A DNA stretch of 63,940 nucleotides, filler included, from Pirum gemmata (taxonomy: Eukaryota), in NCBI GenBank assembly GCA_002812295.1. It is 33 parts of 33 records of this genome, joined end to end, with 100 filler letters (N's around TTAATTAATTAA, not from the genome) between each part and the next. Parts side by side here need not be neighbours in the genome. Positions count along the whole stretch, not along the records: positions 52,256 to 54,144 come from PDIN01010592.1; positions 54,245 to 56,084 come from PDIN01010593.1; positions 56,185 to 57,606 come from PDIN01010594.1; positions 57,707 to 59,563 come from PDIN01010595.1; positions 59,664 to 61,507 come from PDIN01010596.1; positions 61,608 to 63,940 come from PDIN01010598.1; 27 more parts are not named here. One strand, 5' to 3'. The notes under the pieces are model-generated. The model saw only the letters and a program-made list of their open reading frames with translations, was not told where the DNA came from and searched no databases. This document shows positions 52,384 to 63,940 of the stretch, piece after piece. How positions within the stretch are numbered: position 1 is the first letter of the stretch; the number at the start of each line of letters is the position of its first letter. Made by a program: the position numbers and the translations under genes.

Positions 52384-53310
52384 ATGCAAAGCAATAATAA
52401 TGATATAATTCCCAACCTCAATGGTGACGATACTGCTCTTTACTCTGCTGTTAACGCTGTAAAAGAACAATCAACAACAACAACAACAACAACAACAACA
52501 GCAACAGCAACAAACGAATTCAGAGCCTACACATACACACCAGGTACCGAGCCAAACTTTCTAGGCGCAGGTGATTCAACCATCCATCATGATTTTATTA
52601 CAAACGCCGAAAAACTAAACTTTTTCAGCACTCTACAAGGCATTGGCGGAGAAATCGAATATGAGCAATGGTATCATATGCCCTCCAATAAAACCAAAGC
52701 TTTGCGTGCTTTGAGTCGGGTAAAAGTAGCTCAAGCCAACCTATTACCCAATGGCAACCAACCTTACTACCGTTTTCCGGTCAATAACCAATCACGTTAT
52801 CCGGTGAAACCCTTTTCTCCAACGGTACAAAAAGTGATTAACAAAGTTAACGCGTTTTTTGAAGGAAAATATAACTTTAATCATGCAGTGGTGTTGTTAT
52901 ACAGAAACGGTACAGATCGAATTGGATTTCATAAGGATAAAACTCTAGATTTAGATTCGAAAGCACCCATTGTTTCCTTATCATTAGGCTCGACTCGAAC
53001 CTATATTCTACAAGATCATCCATATACACCTACAAAACGGCAAACTGTAACTTTAAAACCAGGAACTCTGATGGTTTTGGGTCCGAAATCAAATCAAGAG
53101 TATTATCATTCAGTGATCGAGGAGCCTGGATTACATGCTGAGCGAGTTTCGATCACACTGCGTGTTGTTACGACTTTTGTTAATGTTGATAAGAATAATA
53201 ATGTTAATACTTTGCTAGGCCAAGGTAACCAATACCAAACATTAGATTGGCCAACCGAATTAAAAGGCAAGCATCGTTTGGAAGATTATCAGGATCAAGT
53301 TGTACAATAA
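52384..53310 (+). CDS. AlkB-family 2OG-Fe(II) dioxygenase, intronless
   Basis: FNHAVVLLYRNGTDRIGFHKDKTLDL (HxD), IVSLSLGSTR, YYHSV (His) and RVSITLR (RxxxxxR). Confidence 0.92.
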   Translation: MQSNNNDIIPNLNGDDTALYSAVNAVKEQSTTTTTTTTTATATNEFRAYTYTPGTEPNFLGAGDSTIHHDFITNAEKLNFFSTLQGIGGEIEYEQWYHMPSNKTKALRALSRVKVAQANLLPNGNQPYYRFPVNNQSRYPVKPFSPTVQKVINKVNAFFEGKYNFNHAVVLLYRNGTDRIGFHKDKTLDLDSKAPIVSLSLGSTRTYILQDHPYTPTKRQTVTLKPGTLMVLGPKSNQEYYHSVIEEPGLHAERVSITLRVVTTFVNVDKNNNVNTLLGQGNQYQTLDWPTELKGKHRLEDYQDQVVQ

Positions 53311-53571
53311 TAATAATATTATTATATAGACATTTAATTAAAATGCGATAAAAGTGAAGTGATTAAATGTGCGAATTCTGTACTTTCTGTTATACCAGAA
53401 TTTACTCATTTTGTCATTTTTATCGGATTAAAAGTGTCTATATAATTTATGATATTATGGTGTTTTAAAATTAAATAATTGTTTTTTAATGGTTTTTTTA
53501 AATTAATAGGTGTTGATTAATTTAATAATAATAATAATAATAATAATGATAATAATAATCATCATTTAACA

Positions 53572-53944
53572 CATACTTACAACAATGTCATTGATGCTTG
53601 TGTTAATTATGGTTTGACGAAAAAAATGGTTCTATACGTTAATTTAATGTATAACAGTGGTGTTCCTTTCAATCAATTTACTTATTACCTCATTATCAAA
53701 GGCAGTTTTATGAACAACAATGTTAATCATGTTTACAAAGCTCTGCAATTAATGAAAAACCAAAACATAAAAATGAAGTTAACTCATTATCATTTGCTTT
53801 TGAATGGTTTGTTACTAAGAGAAGATTTTAGTAGTGTTGATATAATATTGAATGATATGAGCTCGAATAAGTCAGAATTGCATTGTATTGGTTATAAACA
53901 TTTGTTTACCAGTTTTATGGCTCTAAATAGAAATTATTTAAATA

Positions 53945-53990
<46 letters not shown>

Positions 53991-54144
53991 AAAAATGACA
54001 ACGACAATTAATAATATTAACAATCAGAAGGCTATTTATTACTATGAAAAAGGGATCCAGGTATTTGAAAAAATTAAACAGCTTTATTTTTTTAATGATA
54101 CTAATAATAATAATAATAGTGATAGTAATAATAATAATAATAAT
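53572..54144 (+). CDS. Pentatricopeptide-repeat (PPR) protein fragment
   Basis: Three 35-aa motifs: TYNNVIDACVNYG..., FTYYLIIKGSF...MKNQNIK and THYHLLLNGLL. An in-frame TAA at 53518 leaves the 5' structure unclear; it may be a pseudogene. Confidence 0.65.
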
Positions 54145-54313
54145 NNNNNNNNNNNNNNNNNNNNNNNNNNNNNNNNNNNNNNNNNNNNTTAATTAATTAA
54201 NNNNNNNNNNNNNNNNNNNNNNNNNNNNNNNNNNNNNNNNNNNNTAGGGTTAGGGTTAGGGTTAGGGCTAGGGTTAAAGTTAGGGTTAGGGTTAGGGTTA
54301 GGGTTAGGGTTAA

Positions 54314-54344
<31 letters not shown>

Positions 54345-54350
54345 AGTTAA

Positions 54351-54381
<31 letters not shown>

Positions 54382-54493
54382 GGTTAAGGTTAGGGTTAGG
54401 GTTAGGGTTAGGGTACCCACTACAAGAAAGGCCAGTTTCAGGCACTTCCTTTTGCTTAATATCCTCCAACGGACGGATTTGTAAAAATGGATA

Positions 54494-54675
54494 GTGATTT
54501 TCATTTATTTTGTCACTCTGAATATTTATTTGGTTGGTTATAATATTTAAATTGCCATTTTTTAAATGAATAAATATATAATATAATATACCAAATTAAA
54601 TGGAATGGATTTATATAGTATTAATTTGGTGCTCTTTATTGTATATTTTATGGTGACAAAACAACTGAAAAGCAC
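54494..54675 (-). mobile_element. MITE family A
   Basis: GTGATTTTCATTT...ACTGAAAAGCACGATA. Confidence 0.85.
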
Positions 54676-55633
54676 GATAAACGTTTTGGAGGTCCCCTCA
54701 TTTTAAAAAAAATTTCATTCTGCTCTGTTCGAAATTGATTTTTTCGAGGTTATTAATAAATAAATATGTTCGAAAAGTTCGTGCTTATATACATTTATAA
54801 TGTAATATTTATTATGAATAATGTGTTCGAGCTTATTAATAAATACAAAGGCTCGAAAAGTTCGAATTTTTTGGCTCTTGTTTTCTGACTGTGAACAAGT
54901 GTGAACAGAGTCAAAAATAATATAATATTTTGTGTATGCACATTACATAATGCACAAAAAAAGAAAATTAACAAAAAAAATAATTAAAAAATTTAATTAA
55001 ATTTTAATAAAAAATCCATAAACCTTACTTTTTACTCTCAATTCAAATTAACCAGCATTGTTATTACTAGCTATATCATGTAGCAGTAGCAGAAAAAGTA
55101 GTGACTACAGAAGCACGTCTAGTTTGACTGGTAATGCAACCTTTTCCTTGTCCCAAAACGATTAGGTCAACCAATCCAAATAGCCTTTGCTTCAGGGCTA
55201 ACCTTTGCTGAAAACACATTTATGAAATCTTCCTCGAGTATTCTTTTCGGTAAACACCAGAATTTAGTAATTGTTCCTTGGCATTGTAACAAACCAACTG
55301 AAATAACCGTACCAAATGATTATTATGGCTAAACTATCGGGACATTTTTTTATTTATTTTGGTATTTTATATTTAATGTTGTATATATTCTTTAACAGTA
55401 TTAACCAACCTCGATTTTCCCTCTTTCAGCTGCGCATGCATTAATTCTTCTGTATACATTGTTGGTAAACCTCTTAATGCTTTGCTCTATAAAGGGTTAT
55501 CATCGGTAATAGCTGTTTCGACGGGTAAATCGCCGACTTTCGAAGGGTGGGTATATTATGTACTTAATCCTTGAATACCTATTAAACTACACCCTAACCC
55601 TAACCATATTAAACTACATCAAGCAGACAAAAC

Positions 55634-55980
55634 TTAACATGCTGGCTCGTTAGGGTATTTTTCAGAAAATCTAGCAAGTGCCCATATAGGGAAAACATTT
55701 TTAAAATTACTATAACTAATCATACAATTCTTGTTAAACACACCACAAATACTCTCTTGAGGCCAATCACCATTGACCATTTGTTTATCTCTAAGAAACT
55801 TACAACCTCTGCGAATAGGATTAATGCAAGGATACTCACCACCCAATAACGTCAAAATCGCCCAAGCTGTATTAACGATCTGTGACTCTGAATGGTGTAC
55901 GTATTCTCGTTTTACACACGATAAAAATGATTCACCCCAACCACCGTCCTTGTTTTGCTTTGTAATTAAAAACTCACAAG
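55634..55980 (-). CDS. Oxidosqualene cyclase (cycloartenol/lanosterol synthase), last exon
   Basis: QW motifs FLITKQNKDGGWGES and FLRDKQMVNGDWPQE, plus GVFNKNCMISYSNFKNVFPIWAL; acceptor tacag at 55981-55985. Confidence 0.95.
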
Positions 55981-56184
55981 CTGTATTTTGTTTTTGAAGA
56001 AGTACAGAAAACATTTAAATTAAAATACACATCATAAATAATAACTATCAAACACAGAAGTATAGCAATAATAATAATATATAANNNNNNNNNNNNNNNN
56101 NNNNNNNNNNNNNNNNNNNNNNNNNNNNTTAATTAATTAANNNNNNNNNNNNNNNNNNNNNNNNNNNNNNNNNNNNNNNNNNNN

Positions 56185-56217
<33 letters not shown>

Positions 56218-56324
56218 TTATTTCATCTCCATTTTAAAACCAATGCCCTTATTATAGGAGGCTCAGAGCGAAGAACATTTATCCAAATTATTTCATGGCT
56301 GGCAAGCTTGGGTGTAACTTAATG

Positions 56325-57285
56325 ATTTTGTTAATAGTAAATAGTAAACTAGTGATCTGTGAATAGAAATCTAATGATCTACTAATAGTAAAACACTAAT
56401 CTGATAAGTTATGATTAATTAAAAGAAAAATCATTGATCTGTTAATAGTAATCTAATGATTTTCTAATATTAAAACACTAATGTGATAAATCAATTAAAA
56501 CTAAAACTTATAGATCTGTTAATAGTAAAGTAATGATCTGTTAATAGTAAAGTAAAGATCTGCTAATATTAAAACACTAATCTGATAAGTTATGATCAAT
56601 TAAAAGAAAAATTAGATTTGCTAATAGTAATCTAATGATCTGTTATTATTAAAACACTAATCTGACAAGTTAAAAGAAAAAATATTGATCTGTTGATAGT
56701 AATCTAATGATCTGCTAATATTAAAACACTAATCTGATAAATTATAATCAATTAAAAGAAATTTATTGATCTGTTAATAGTAATCTAATGATCTGCTTAT
56801 ATTAAAACACTAATCTGATAAGTTATGATCGATTAAAAGAAAAATTATTGATCTGTTAATAATAATCTAATGATCTACTAATATTAAAACACTAATCTGA
56901 TAAGTTATGATCAATTAAAATAAAATTTATTGATTTTACTAATAGTAAACTAATGATCTGCTAATATTAAAACACTAATCTGATAAGTTATGATCAATTA
57001 AAATAAAAATTATTGATCTGTGAATAGAAATCTAATGATCTACTAATAGTAAAACACTAATCTGATAAGTTATGATCAATTAAAAGAAAAATTATTGATC
57101 TGCTAATAGTAATCTAATGATCTGCTTATATTAAAACACTAATCTGATAAGTTATGATCGATTAAAAGAAAAATTATTGATCTGTTAATAATAATCTAAT
57201 GATCTACTAATATTAAAACACTAATCTGATAAGTAATATCGATTAAAACTAGAAAATATTGATATGCTAATAATAAACTAATGCT
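56325..57285. repeat. 82-bp tandem minisatellite (~11 copies)
   Basis: Unit TGATCTGTTAATAGTAATCTAA TGATCTGCTAATATTAAAACACTAATC TGATAAGTTA TGATCAATTAAAAGAAAAATTAT; for example starts at 56767 and 56849. Confidence 0.92.
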
Positions 57286-57338
57286 CTGCCGATATGAAAT
57301 CGAATCATATAGGAAGTAATTTCGAGCGTGGATCCAGC

Positions 57339-57575
57339 CTGGGAGATGCGGGAAAAACCATCGAATCGAAACTAGTTCGAAATTTTCCAAAACGTTCGAT
57401 CTAATTTTAAGTATTGACTCACTTTTGATTTCATTAAAAAATTCTTTTAAGAATCCTTAGAAATTTCATAGAAAGAATTTGAAACTTGAAACCCCCCCCC
57501 CCGTTTCAAAATTGTCACTATTTAATAATTCGGATCAAGCTGTTTGATTCGATTATGTTTTCCCGTATCTCCCAG
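57339..57575 (+). mobile_element. MITE family C, full length
   Basis: CTGGGAGATGCGGGAAAA...TTTTCCCGTATCTCCCAG. Confidence 0.85.
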
Positions 57576-57706
57576 ACCTTTTTATAGAAAACAGCTAGAC
57601 TCGAACNNNNNNNNNNNNNNNNNNNNNNNNNNNNNNNNNNNNNNNNNNNNTTAATTAATTAANNNNNNNNNNNNNNNNNNNNNNNNNNNNNNNNNNNNNN
57701 NNNNNN

Positions 57707-57738
<32 letters not shown>

Positions 57739-58019
57739 TTCTGGAACAACAAAATCATAATCTGACCTCTCCAGATGTCTTTTTGGTGTGTTTTGACTTT
57801 TTTGACTATCATTACTATTACTATTATTACAAATTATTATTATTTAACTCTGTACTGCAGTTGGACATAAAGTTTTTAAACTATATAATAAGTAATACTA
57901 TAGCTATTATTATTAATATAACTATTACTATTGTTTATTATTTTTATTATAACTATTTTAATATTATTATTATATTATTCTTATTTTACTACCACTGTTG
58001 ACCGTAACAAAAAAAAAAA

Positions 58020-59355
58020 AAAAAATTACTATTGTTATTTGCTTTTTCAATACCCCTTCATAATATTAAAAATTAAGCATTGTAAAACAGTTATATTTGT
58101 TAAAGTACTATCATTACTACTACTGCCTATACCATTCTTATTAGTGAGTTAACCTAACCTAACACCCTAACCCTAACCCTAACCCTAACCTTAACCCTAA
58201 CCTTAACCCTAACCAAAAAAACAAACCTAATTATTACTATAATTATTTGTTATTAACTCTTACTTTTTTCAACACCACTTTATAATATTAAAAACAAATT
58301 GATGTAAAACAGGTGTGTTTGTTGTAGTACTATTAGTAATAAGAATGGTAGAGGTAGTAGTACTGAGTTTACCGTAACAAAGCCAACAAAACAATACTAA
58401 TTATTACTATAATTATTAATTTTGACTTTTTTCAACACCCCTTCATAATAAAAACTAATTCATAATATTAAAAACTAATGTAAAAAAGGTGTGTTTGTTA
58501 TAGTACTATTACTACTACTATCACTTCACTGCCATGTCCATTCTTATTAGTGAGTTAACCGTAACTAACAAAACCAAAAAAACATTCTTAATTATTACTA
58601 TAATTATTTGCTATTAATTCTAACTTTTTTCAACACCCCATCATAATATTAATAAGTGTTTGTTATAGTACAATTTTCCACACCCCTTCATAAAATTAAA
58701 AAGTAAATAATGTAAAACAGTTGTGTTTGTTAGTGAGCTAACCGTGACAAAAACTAAAAAAAAAATACTAATTATTACTATAATTATTTGCTATTAATTC
58801 TAACTTTTTCAACACCCCATCATAATATTAATAAGTATTTGTTATAGTACAATTTTCCACACCCTTTCGTAATATTAAAAACCAAATAATGTAAAACAGC
58901 TGTGTTTGTAAGTGAGTTGATCGTAACTAAAAAAAAAAAAAATCCTAATTATTACTATTTGCTATGAATTCTGACTTTTTTCAACACCCCTTCATAATAT
59001 TAAAACTAATTATCCTGCTTTTCATTTATTTTGTCCACTTAGATTATTTATTTGATACTTATAAGTATATAAACGTGGTTATTTTAAATTGAAATATAAA
59101 TTATTAAACACGCCAAGTTAATTAAATTGTATCAAATAAATTTGATATAGTAAATAAATTTGATATAGTATTAACTTGGTATTTATTACTGCGTATTCTA
59201 TTATGACAAAATCACTGAAAATCACGATAATGTAAAACAGTTGTGTTTGTTATATAGTACAATTTTCCACATCTCTTCATAATATTCAAAACTAATTAAT
59301 GTAAAACAGTTGTGTTTACTATAGTACTATTACTACTACTACTACCATTCTTATT
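58020..59355. repeat. Degenerate tandem repeat overlapping the transporter stop codon
   Basis: Recurring CAACACCCCTTCATAATATTAAAA and ATGTAAAACAG.TGTGTTTGTTA blocks. Confidence 0.8.
59015..59225 (-). mobile_element. MITE family A, diverged
   Basis: TGCTTTTCATTTATTTTGTC...CTGAAAATCACGATA. Confidence 0.75.
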
Positions 59356-59534
59356 AGAGTCTTTTAAAAAGGTAAAGGTTAAGGATAAAACCATAATAAA
59401 ACAACCTACAAGTACCATCGCACCGGCGAGTACTAATTTAGCCTTTAAATAAAATGTATTACTTTTGTTCCAAAACATTTTTAAGTATAAAAAACCTGGC
59501 AAAATATAACTAATAGAGGTTGAACCAGTAGCAC
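59296..59534 (-). CDS. Amino-acid transporter (AVT/SLC38, Aa_trans family), last exon
   Basis: catag|(G)ATGSTSISYILPGFLYLK...LVLAGAMVLVGCFIMVLSL. GATGSTSIS(F/Y)ILPG is the conserved TM10 motif of the AVT5-7 group. Confidence 0.85.
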
Positions 59535-59696
59535 CTATGTATAATATATATTATTATTATTATNNNNNNNNNNNNNNNNNNNNNNNNNNNNNNNNNNNNN
59601 NNNNNNNTTAATTAATTAANNNNNNNNNNNNNNNNNNNNNNNNNNNNNNNNNNNNNNNNNNNNATTATTATTATTATTATTATTATTTGAAAATAG

Positions 59697-61467
59697 GTAT
59701 CATGTCTTTCCTTTTTGTCACAATTAACTAACTTGGTTGTTTTGGAATTACAAAATTGCAATGGTGTTGAAGACTTCAAGTGGTTACAAAGACTGAAGAA
59801 TTTAAAACATTTAAACCTTGAAGATTGTCGAACATTTGAGGATACTCAATCGGTTTCTCACCTAACTAATCTACAAGTTTTAATAATGAATAAAACTGAT
59901 ATTTATGAATTAGCACCATTGACTACGCTCACAAAATTGAATACTTTAGAAATAAGTTTTTGTCCTTATATTAGTGATTACGGGGAGAAGTTTATATTTT
60001 TTTCTTTAACACAACTAACTCGCTTAGACTTGCATTGCACTTATATGAATCTGTTCGATGGTGTTTTAGAATCATATTTCTGTTTGCTGGGAAACATTAA
60101 AGTGATGAAACTAGGTTATGCCGGTATTAAGAATTTGAAGAGTTTGTCTTGTTTAACGTCATTAAGGTTATTAGATTTACAAAGTAATCCTTTTTCAGAC
60201 ATTGAGCCATTGGGTAAATTGACTAATTTGCTATCGTTAGATTTAAGTGATTGTAAGCAACTTGAAAACATACGATCGTTGCAGTTTTTGACGAAATTAC
60301 ATGCTTTGAGTTTGGAGAATTGTGTGGGCATTCGAAATTTTACATCTTTAAAGAAATTAAACTATTTTTGTGATGTTTCGCTACGGGGTTGCTATTGGGG
60401 TCCGATTTTGATAAATGAGCACAATTTACAGCTTTGCAGATTTTCCGAGGAAATAAGCCTAGGAGATCTTGGTAAAGATAATGGTAATGACAGTGGTAAT
60501 GCTGATTTAATCGTTGATAATAATATTAATAGCATGGCGAAAATTGGTGTTGGTACTAGTAGTGCCAATAGTAATAGTAATAGTAATAGTAATAGTAATA
60601 GTAATAGTAATAGTAATAGTAATAGTAATAGTAATAGTAATAGTAATAGTAATAGTAATAGTAATAGTAATAGTAANNNNNNNNNNNNNNNNNNNNNNNN
60701 NNNNNNNNNNNNNNNNNNNNNNNNNNNNNNNNNNNNNNNNNNNNNNNNNNNNNNNNNNNNNNNNNNNNNNNNNNNNNNNNNNNNNNNNNNNNNNNNNNNN
60801 NNNNNNNNNNNNNNNNNNNNNNNNTAATAGTAATAGTAATAGTAATAGTAATAGTAATAGTAATAGTAATAGTAATAGTAATAGTAATAGTAATATTAAT
60901 AGTAATAGTAATAGTAATAGTAATGGTAATAGTAATAGTAATAGTAATAGTAATAGTAATAGTAATAGTAATAATAGTAATAATAATAATAATAACAGTA
61001 ATAGTAATAGTAATTGTAATAGTAATAGCAATTGTAATAGTAGTAATAATAGTAACAGTAATAATAGTAACAGCAACAGTAGTAGCAATAGTGATAATGA
61101 GAGTAATAATAATGATAGTATTAATAATAGTAATAGTAATAATAATAGTAATAGTAACGATGATATTGATATTAAGATTAATAATCATACTGATAGAAAA
61201 TACTCTCGTACTGCTAGTAACAACGATACAGATAACCTTGGCATAAATTCTGATAACCGAGAGAGTTGGTTTTCCGTGAACGGTATAAGTGAGCTTGAAG
61301 AATTTGGTATAGGTGGTCTATTTTGTTACAACAGCCCATCAAACAGTGTCAAAGATGGTATAGAGGATATGCTATGTGAGTTAGGATTGAGTTTGTTAAA
61401 CAATCTGAATGACGATTATCCTGGCATGGATAACACGGATTTTCTACCTTCAGGAATTAGTCCATAA
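59697..61467 (+). CDS. Leucine-rich repeat protein, last exon, with long (Asn-Ser)n tract
   Basis: About 9 LxxLxxLxLxxC repeats; poly-NS spans the N gap 60677-60824; stop at 61465-61467. Confidence 0.88.
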
Positions 61468-61876
61468 TTATTGACATTAGGGTTAGGGTTAGGGTTAGGG
61501 TTAGGGTNNNNNNNNNNNNNNNNNNNNNNNNNNNNNNNNNNNNNNNNNNNNTTAATTAATTAANNNNNNNNNNNNNNNNNNNNNNNNNNNNNNNNNNNNN
61601 NNNNNNNATAATAATAATAATAATAATTGTAATAATAATTATAATAATAATAATAATAATAATGATAATAATAATAATTTTGGAGGTGGGTTTAATTCGA
61701 ATAACAATAGCCGTGTAAGTTTTGGAAACTTTATCAAACATGAACTTTTTGCTAATACTACCAACGGTAGTGTCAACATAAATGTAATCTGAGCAGCTAT
61801 CCATTATAATGCTGGTAATAATATTAAAGAGTATTTCCCTCATGACGTCATCTCTCTTTATTTGTACAATGTTATA

Positions 61877-62054
61877 GTGCTTTTCAGTTTTCACCTGTTT
61901 TGTCATCATCAGAAAATATACGATAAAGAGCACCAAATTAATACAATACAAATCAATTTCATTTATTTTGGTATATTTTATTGTTTATTTATTGATTTAA
62001 AAATGTCACTTTGACGGTTATAAACCACCAAATAAACATGGAAATGAAAAGCAC
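61877..62054 (+). mobile_element. MITE family A (another partial at 62268-62372)
   Basis: TATAGTGCTTTTCA...TGAAAAGCAC. Confidence 0.82.
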
Positions 62055-62689
62055 AGTAAAAGAATTAAGAGAATTTAAGTACGTCATATAAATGTGGTTG
62101 AACACTCTTACTTTTATTACTCTTACGTATAAATGGACTCTTATGGTAAATTATAACGATAAACTTATTATCGACTTTGGTGACATTATTTATAAATGAT
62201 GTTGATCTAATTATTATATATTATATATTATTTTGTTATGTAGGTTGATTTTACGTTTTTTTTTTTTNTAATTTGGTATATTTTATTGTCTATTTATTCA
62301 TTAAAAAATGTTAATTTAAATATTATAACCAACCAAATAAATATTCGGAGTGACAAAATAAATGAAAAGCACAATACCAAGACTTCTAAAAAATTTTTAT
62401 TCAATAATTTTGTCTTTTCTTTCATAGTCTATTTCAAGAATAATAAGAGAATAATAATAGTTTACAGTACTATTACAGTATTATTACGTAATAATTATTA
62501 CCATAATATTATAATAATATAATAATATAATAATATAATAATAATCTTAACACAGTTATAACACAAGTCTTTCTCTTCAAAATATCATACTTATTGTAAA
62601 TATTTATGTTTACTGAACTTGAATATATATATTACTGAACTTGAACGTATGTATAATCGATATTTATTTTGCAGACTTCTATAAACAAG

Positions 62690-62850
62690 CTACAAACCTT
62701 CAAACCTACAAACCTACAAACCTACAAACCTACAAACCTACAAACCTACAAACCTACAAACCTACAAACCTACAAACCTACAAACCTACAAACCTACAAA
62801 CCTACAAACCTACAAACCTACAAACCTACAAACCTACAAACCTACAAACT
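62690..62850. repeat. (ACAAACCT)n 8-mer array
   Basis: Read directly; lies ~130 bp upstream of the ATG at 62979. Confidence 0.95.
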
Positions 62851-62978
62851 ACATACTCCTTCATTTATAATTTATTGCAAAGTTAAAAATTCAAATTGAT
62901 TAGAAATATTGATATTGTTTTAATATTTTTAGCAACGAAAATTACTACCACTACAATTAAATAATAATAGTAAAGAAA

Positions 62979-63706
62979 ATGGCTGTTTACCCTTACATCA
63001 AAACTATAGAATTCTCGGCCAGTACTTTGGTTAAGTCATTAACAACCGAGATTTATAATGGGGAAATTATTTTACGGGATGCTGTTCCGAAAATACTTGG
63101 AAACAGTGCATCTGCAATTACAAATGGTTCAGTGGGTATGTTATTATTACTATTATTCGACATGCTAGTTATGGTTCCGTTGTTGATTTAGTAATAATTT
63201 CATGCCTAAGCATAAGTGACATTGTTTGCTTGCTTTTTCGCTTGTTTGTTGTTTTGTTGTTTGTTTTTTTTTTTGTTTGTTTGTTTGTTGTTTTGTTTGC
63301 TTGTTTGTTGTTTTGTTATTTTGTTTGTTGTTTTATTTGTTGTTTTGTTTGTTTGTTGTTTTGTTTGTTGTTTGTTGCTTCGTTTTGTTGTTGTGTTGTT
63401 TGTTGTTTTGGTTGTTTGTTTTTTGTTCGTAGTTTGTTATTGCTTATTGCTTGTTTGCGTTTGCTTTTTGTTTCTTTCTTGCTTGCTTGCTTGTTGTTTG
63501 TTGCGGTTGTGATTACTGTTTGTTGTCATTTAGCTGTTTGTTCTTTGTTGTTATCCATTTATTATGTTTACTATTTACAGGTAGTAACGTTTCCTTGGCC
63601 GATCGCGATAAACATGTTGTAAAAACCAAAGCTATTATAACTCTTGCCAGTAGAACTGGTGTTTTTCATGAAGAGAATGTTATATATGAAAGCTGTCATA
63701 AGAAAG
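62979..63706 (+). CDS. First two exons of an unknown protein
   Basis: Exons 62979-63135 (|gtatgt) and 63581-63706 (tacag|...|gtaatt) splice in phase. Confidence 0.65.
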
Positions 63707-63739
63707 GTAATTTTATTTACTAGTGGTTAGTGGTCAGTA

Positions 63740-63940
63740 GTTTGGGGTTAGGGGGTTAGGGGCTAGGAGGTTAGGGTTTAGGGGGTTAGGGGCTAAGGGA
63801 TAGGTTAAGGGTTAGGGGTTAAGGGGTCACAGGTCAGTTAGGGGTTAGGAGTTAGGGGTTAGAGGTTAGGGTTAAGAGGTTAAGAGGTTAGAGGTTAGGG
63901 GTTAGAGGTTAGGGTTAAAGGTTAGGTTAGGGGTTAGGGG
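63740..63940. repeat. Degenerate TTAGGGG/TTAGGG/TTAGAGG array, intronic
   Basis: Starts ~35 bp after the donor at 63707. Confidence 0.9.

Noticed and set aside
53308..53520. AlkB-PPR readthrough fusion (same frame, only TAA stops between)
   Set aside because: There are seven TAA codons and an inverted-repeat element in the interval; the frame match is plausibly chance.
1..63940. Gene-sized nanochromosomes (uniform ~1.85-kb pieces, many with telomeric repeats)
   Set aside because: Genes are cut mid-intron, most ends are ordinary microsatellites, and telomeric ends are often in the wrong orientation (TTAGGG at left ends 9792, 50287 and 54245). Uniform size fits length-binned contigs.

Overview
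This is not contiguous DNA. It is 33 short contigs (mostly ~1.83-1.89 kb) joined by an artificial 100-bp spacer (44 N + TTAATTAATTAA + 44 N), so neighbourhood across spacers means nothing. The source is a very AT-rich, intron-rich, microsatellite-rich eukaryote with GT-AG introns and apparently the standard code; I cannot assign the taxon. Most long ORFs in the supplied track are microsatellite artefacts. Supported gene fragments: RPL37 (with an intronic box C/D snoRNA), SPT5, oxidosqualene cyclase, an AlkB-family dioxygenase, an AVT/SLC38 transporter, F-box, ankyrin, LRR, PPR, UBL and TPR (CDC27-like) proteins, an EsV-1-7-type Cys-repeat protein, and Sel1 and AIF/FSP1-like pseudogenes. Mobile DNA includes a LINE 3' remnant, a 1.8-kb internally deleted LTR element inside a (TTA)n tract, and at least seven MITE families. 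Two window-wide patterns stand out: telomere-like arrays of several unit types lying inside introns, and CTAG-rich patches that parse as accumulated TA-nnn-TA transposon excision footprints. Exon structures were read by eye and no database searches were run.
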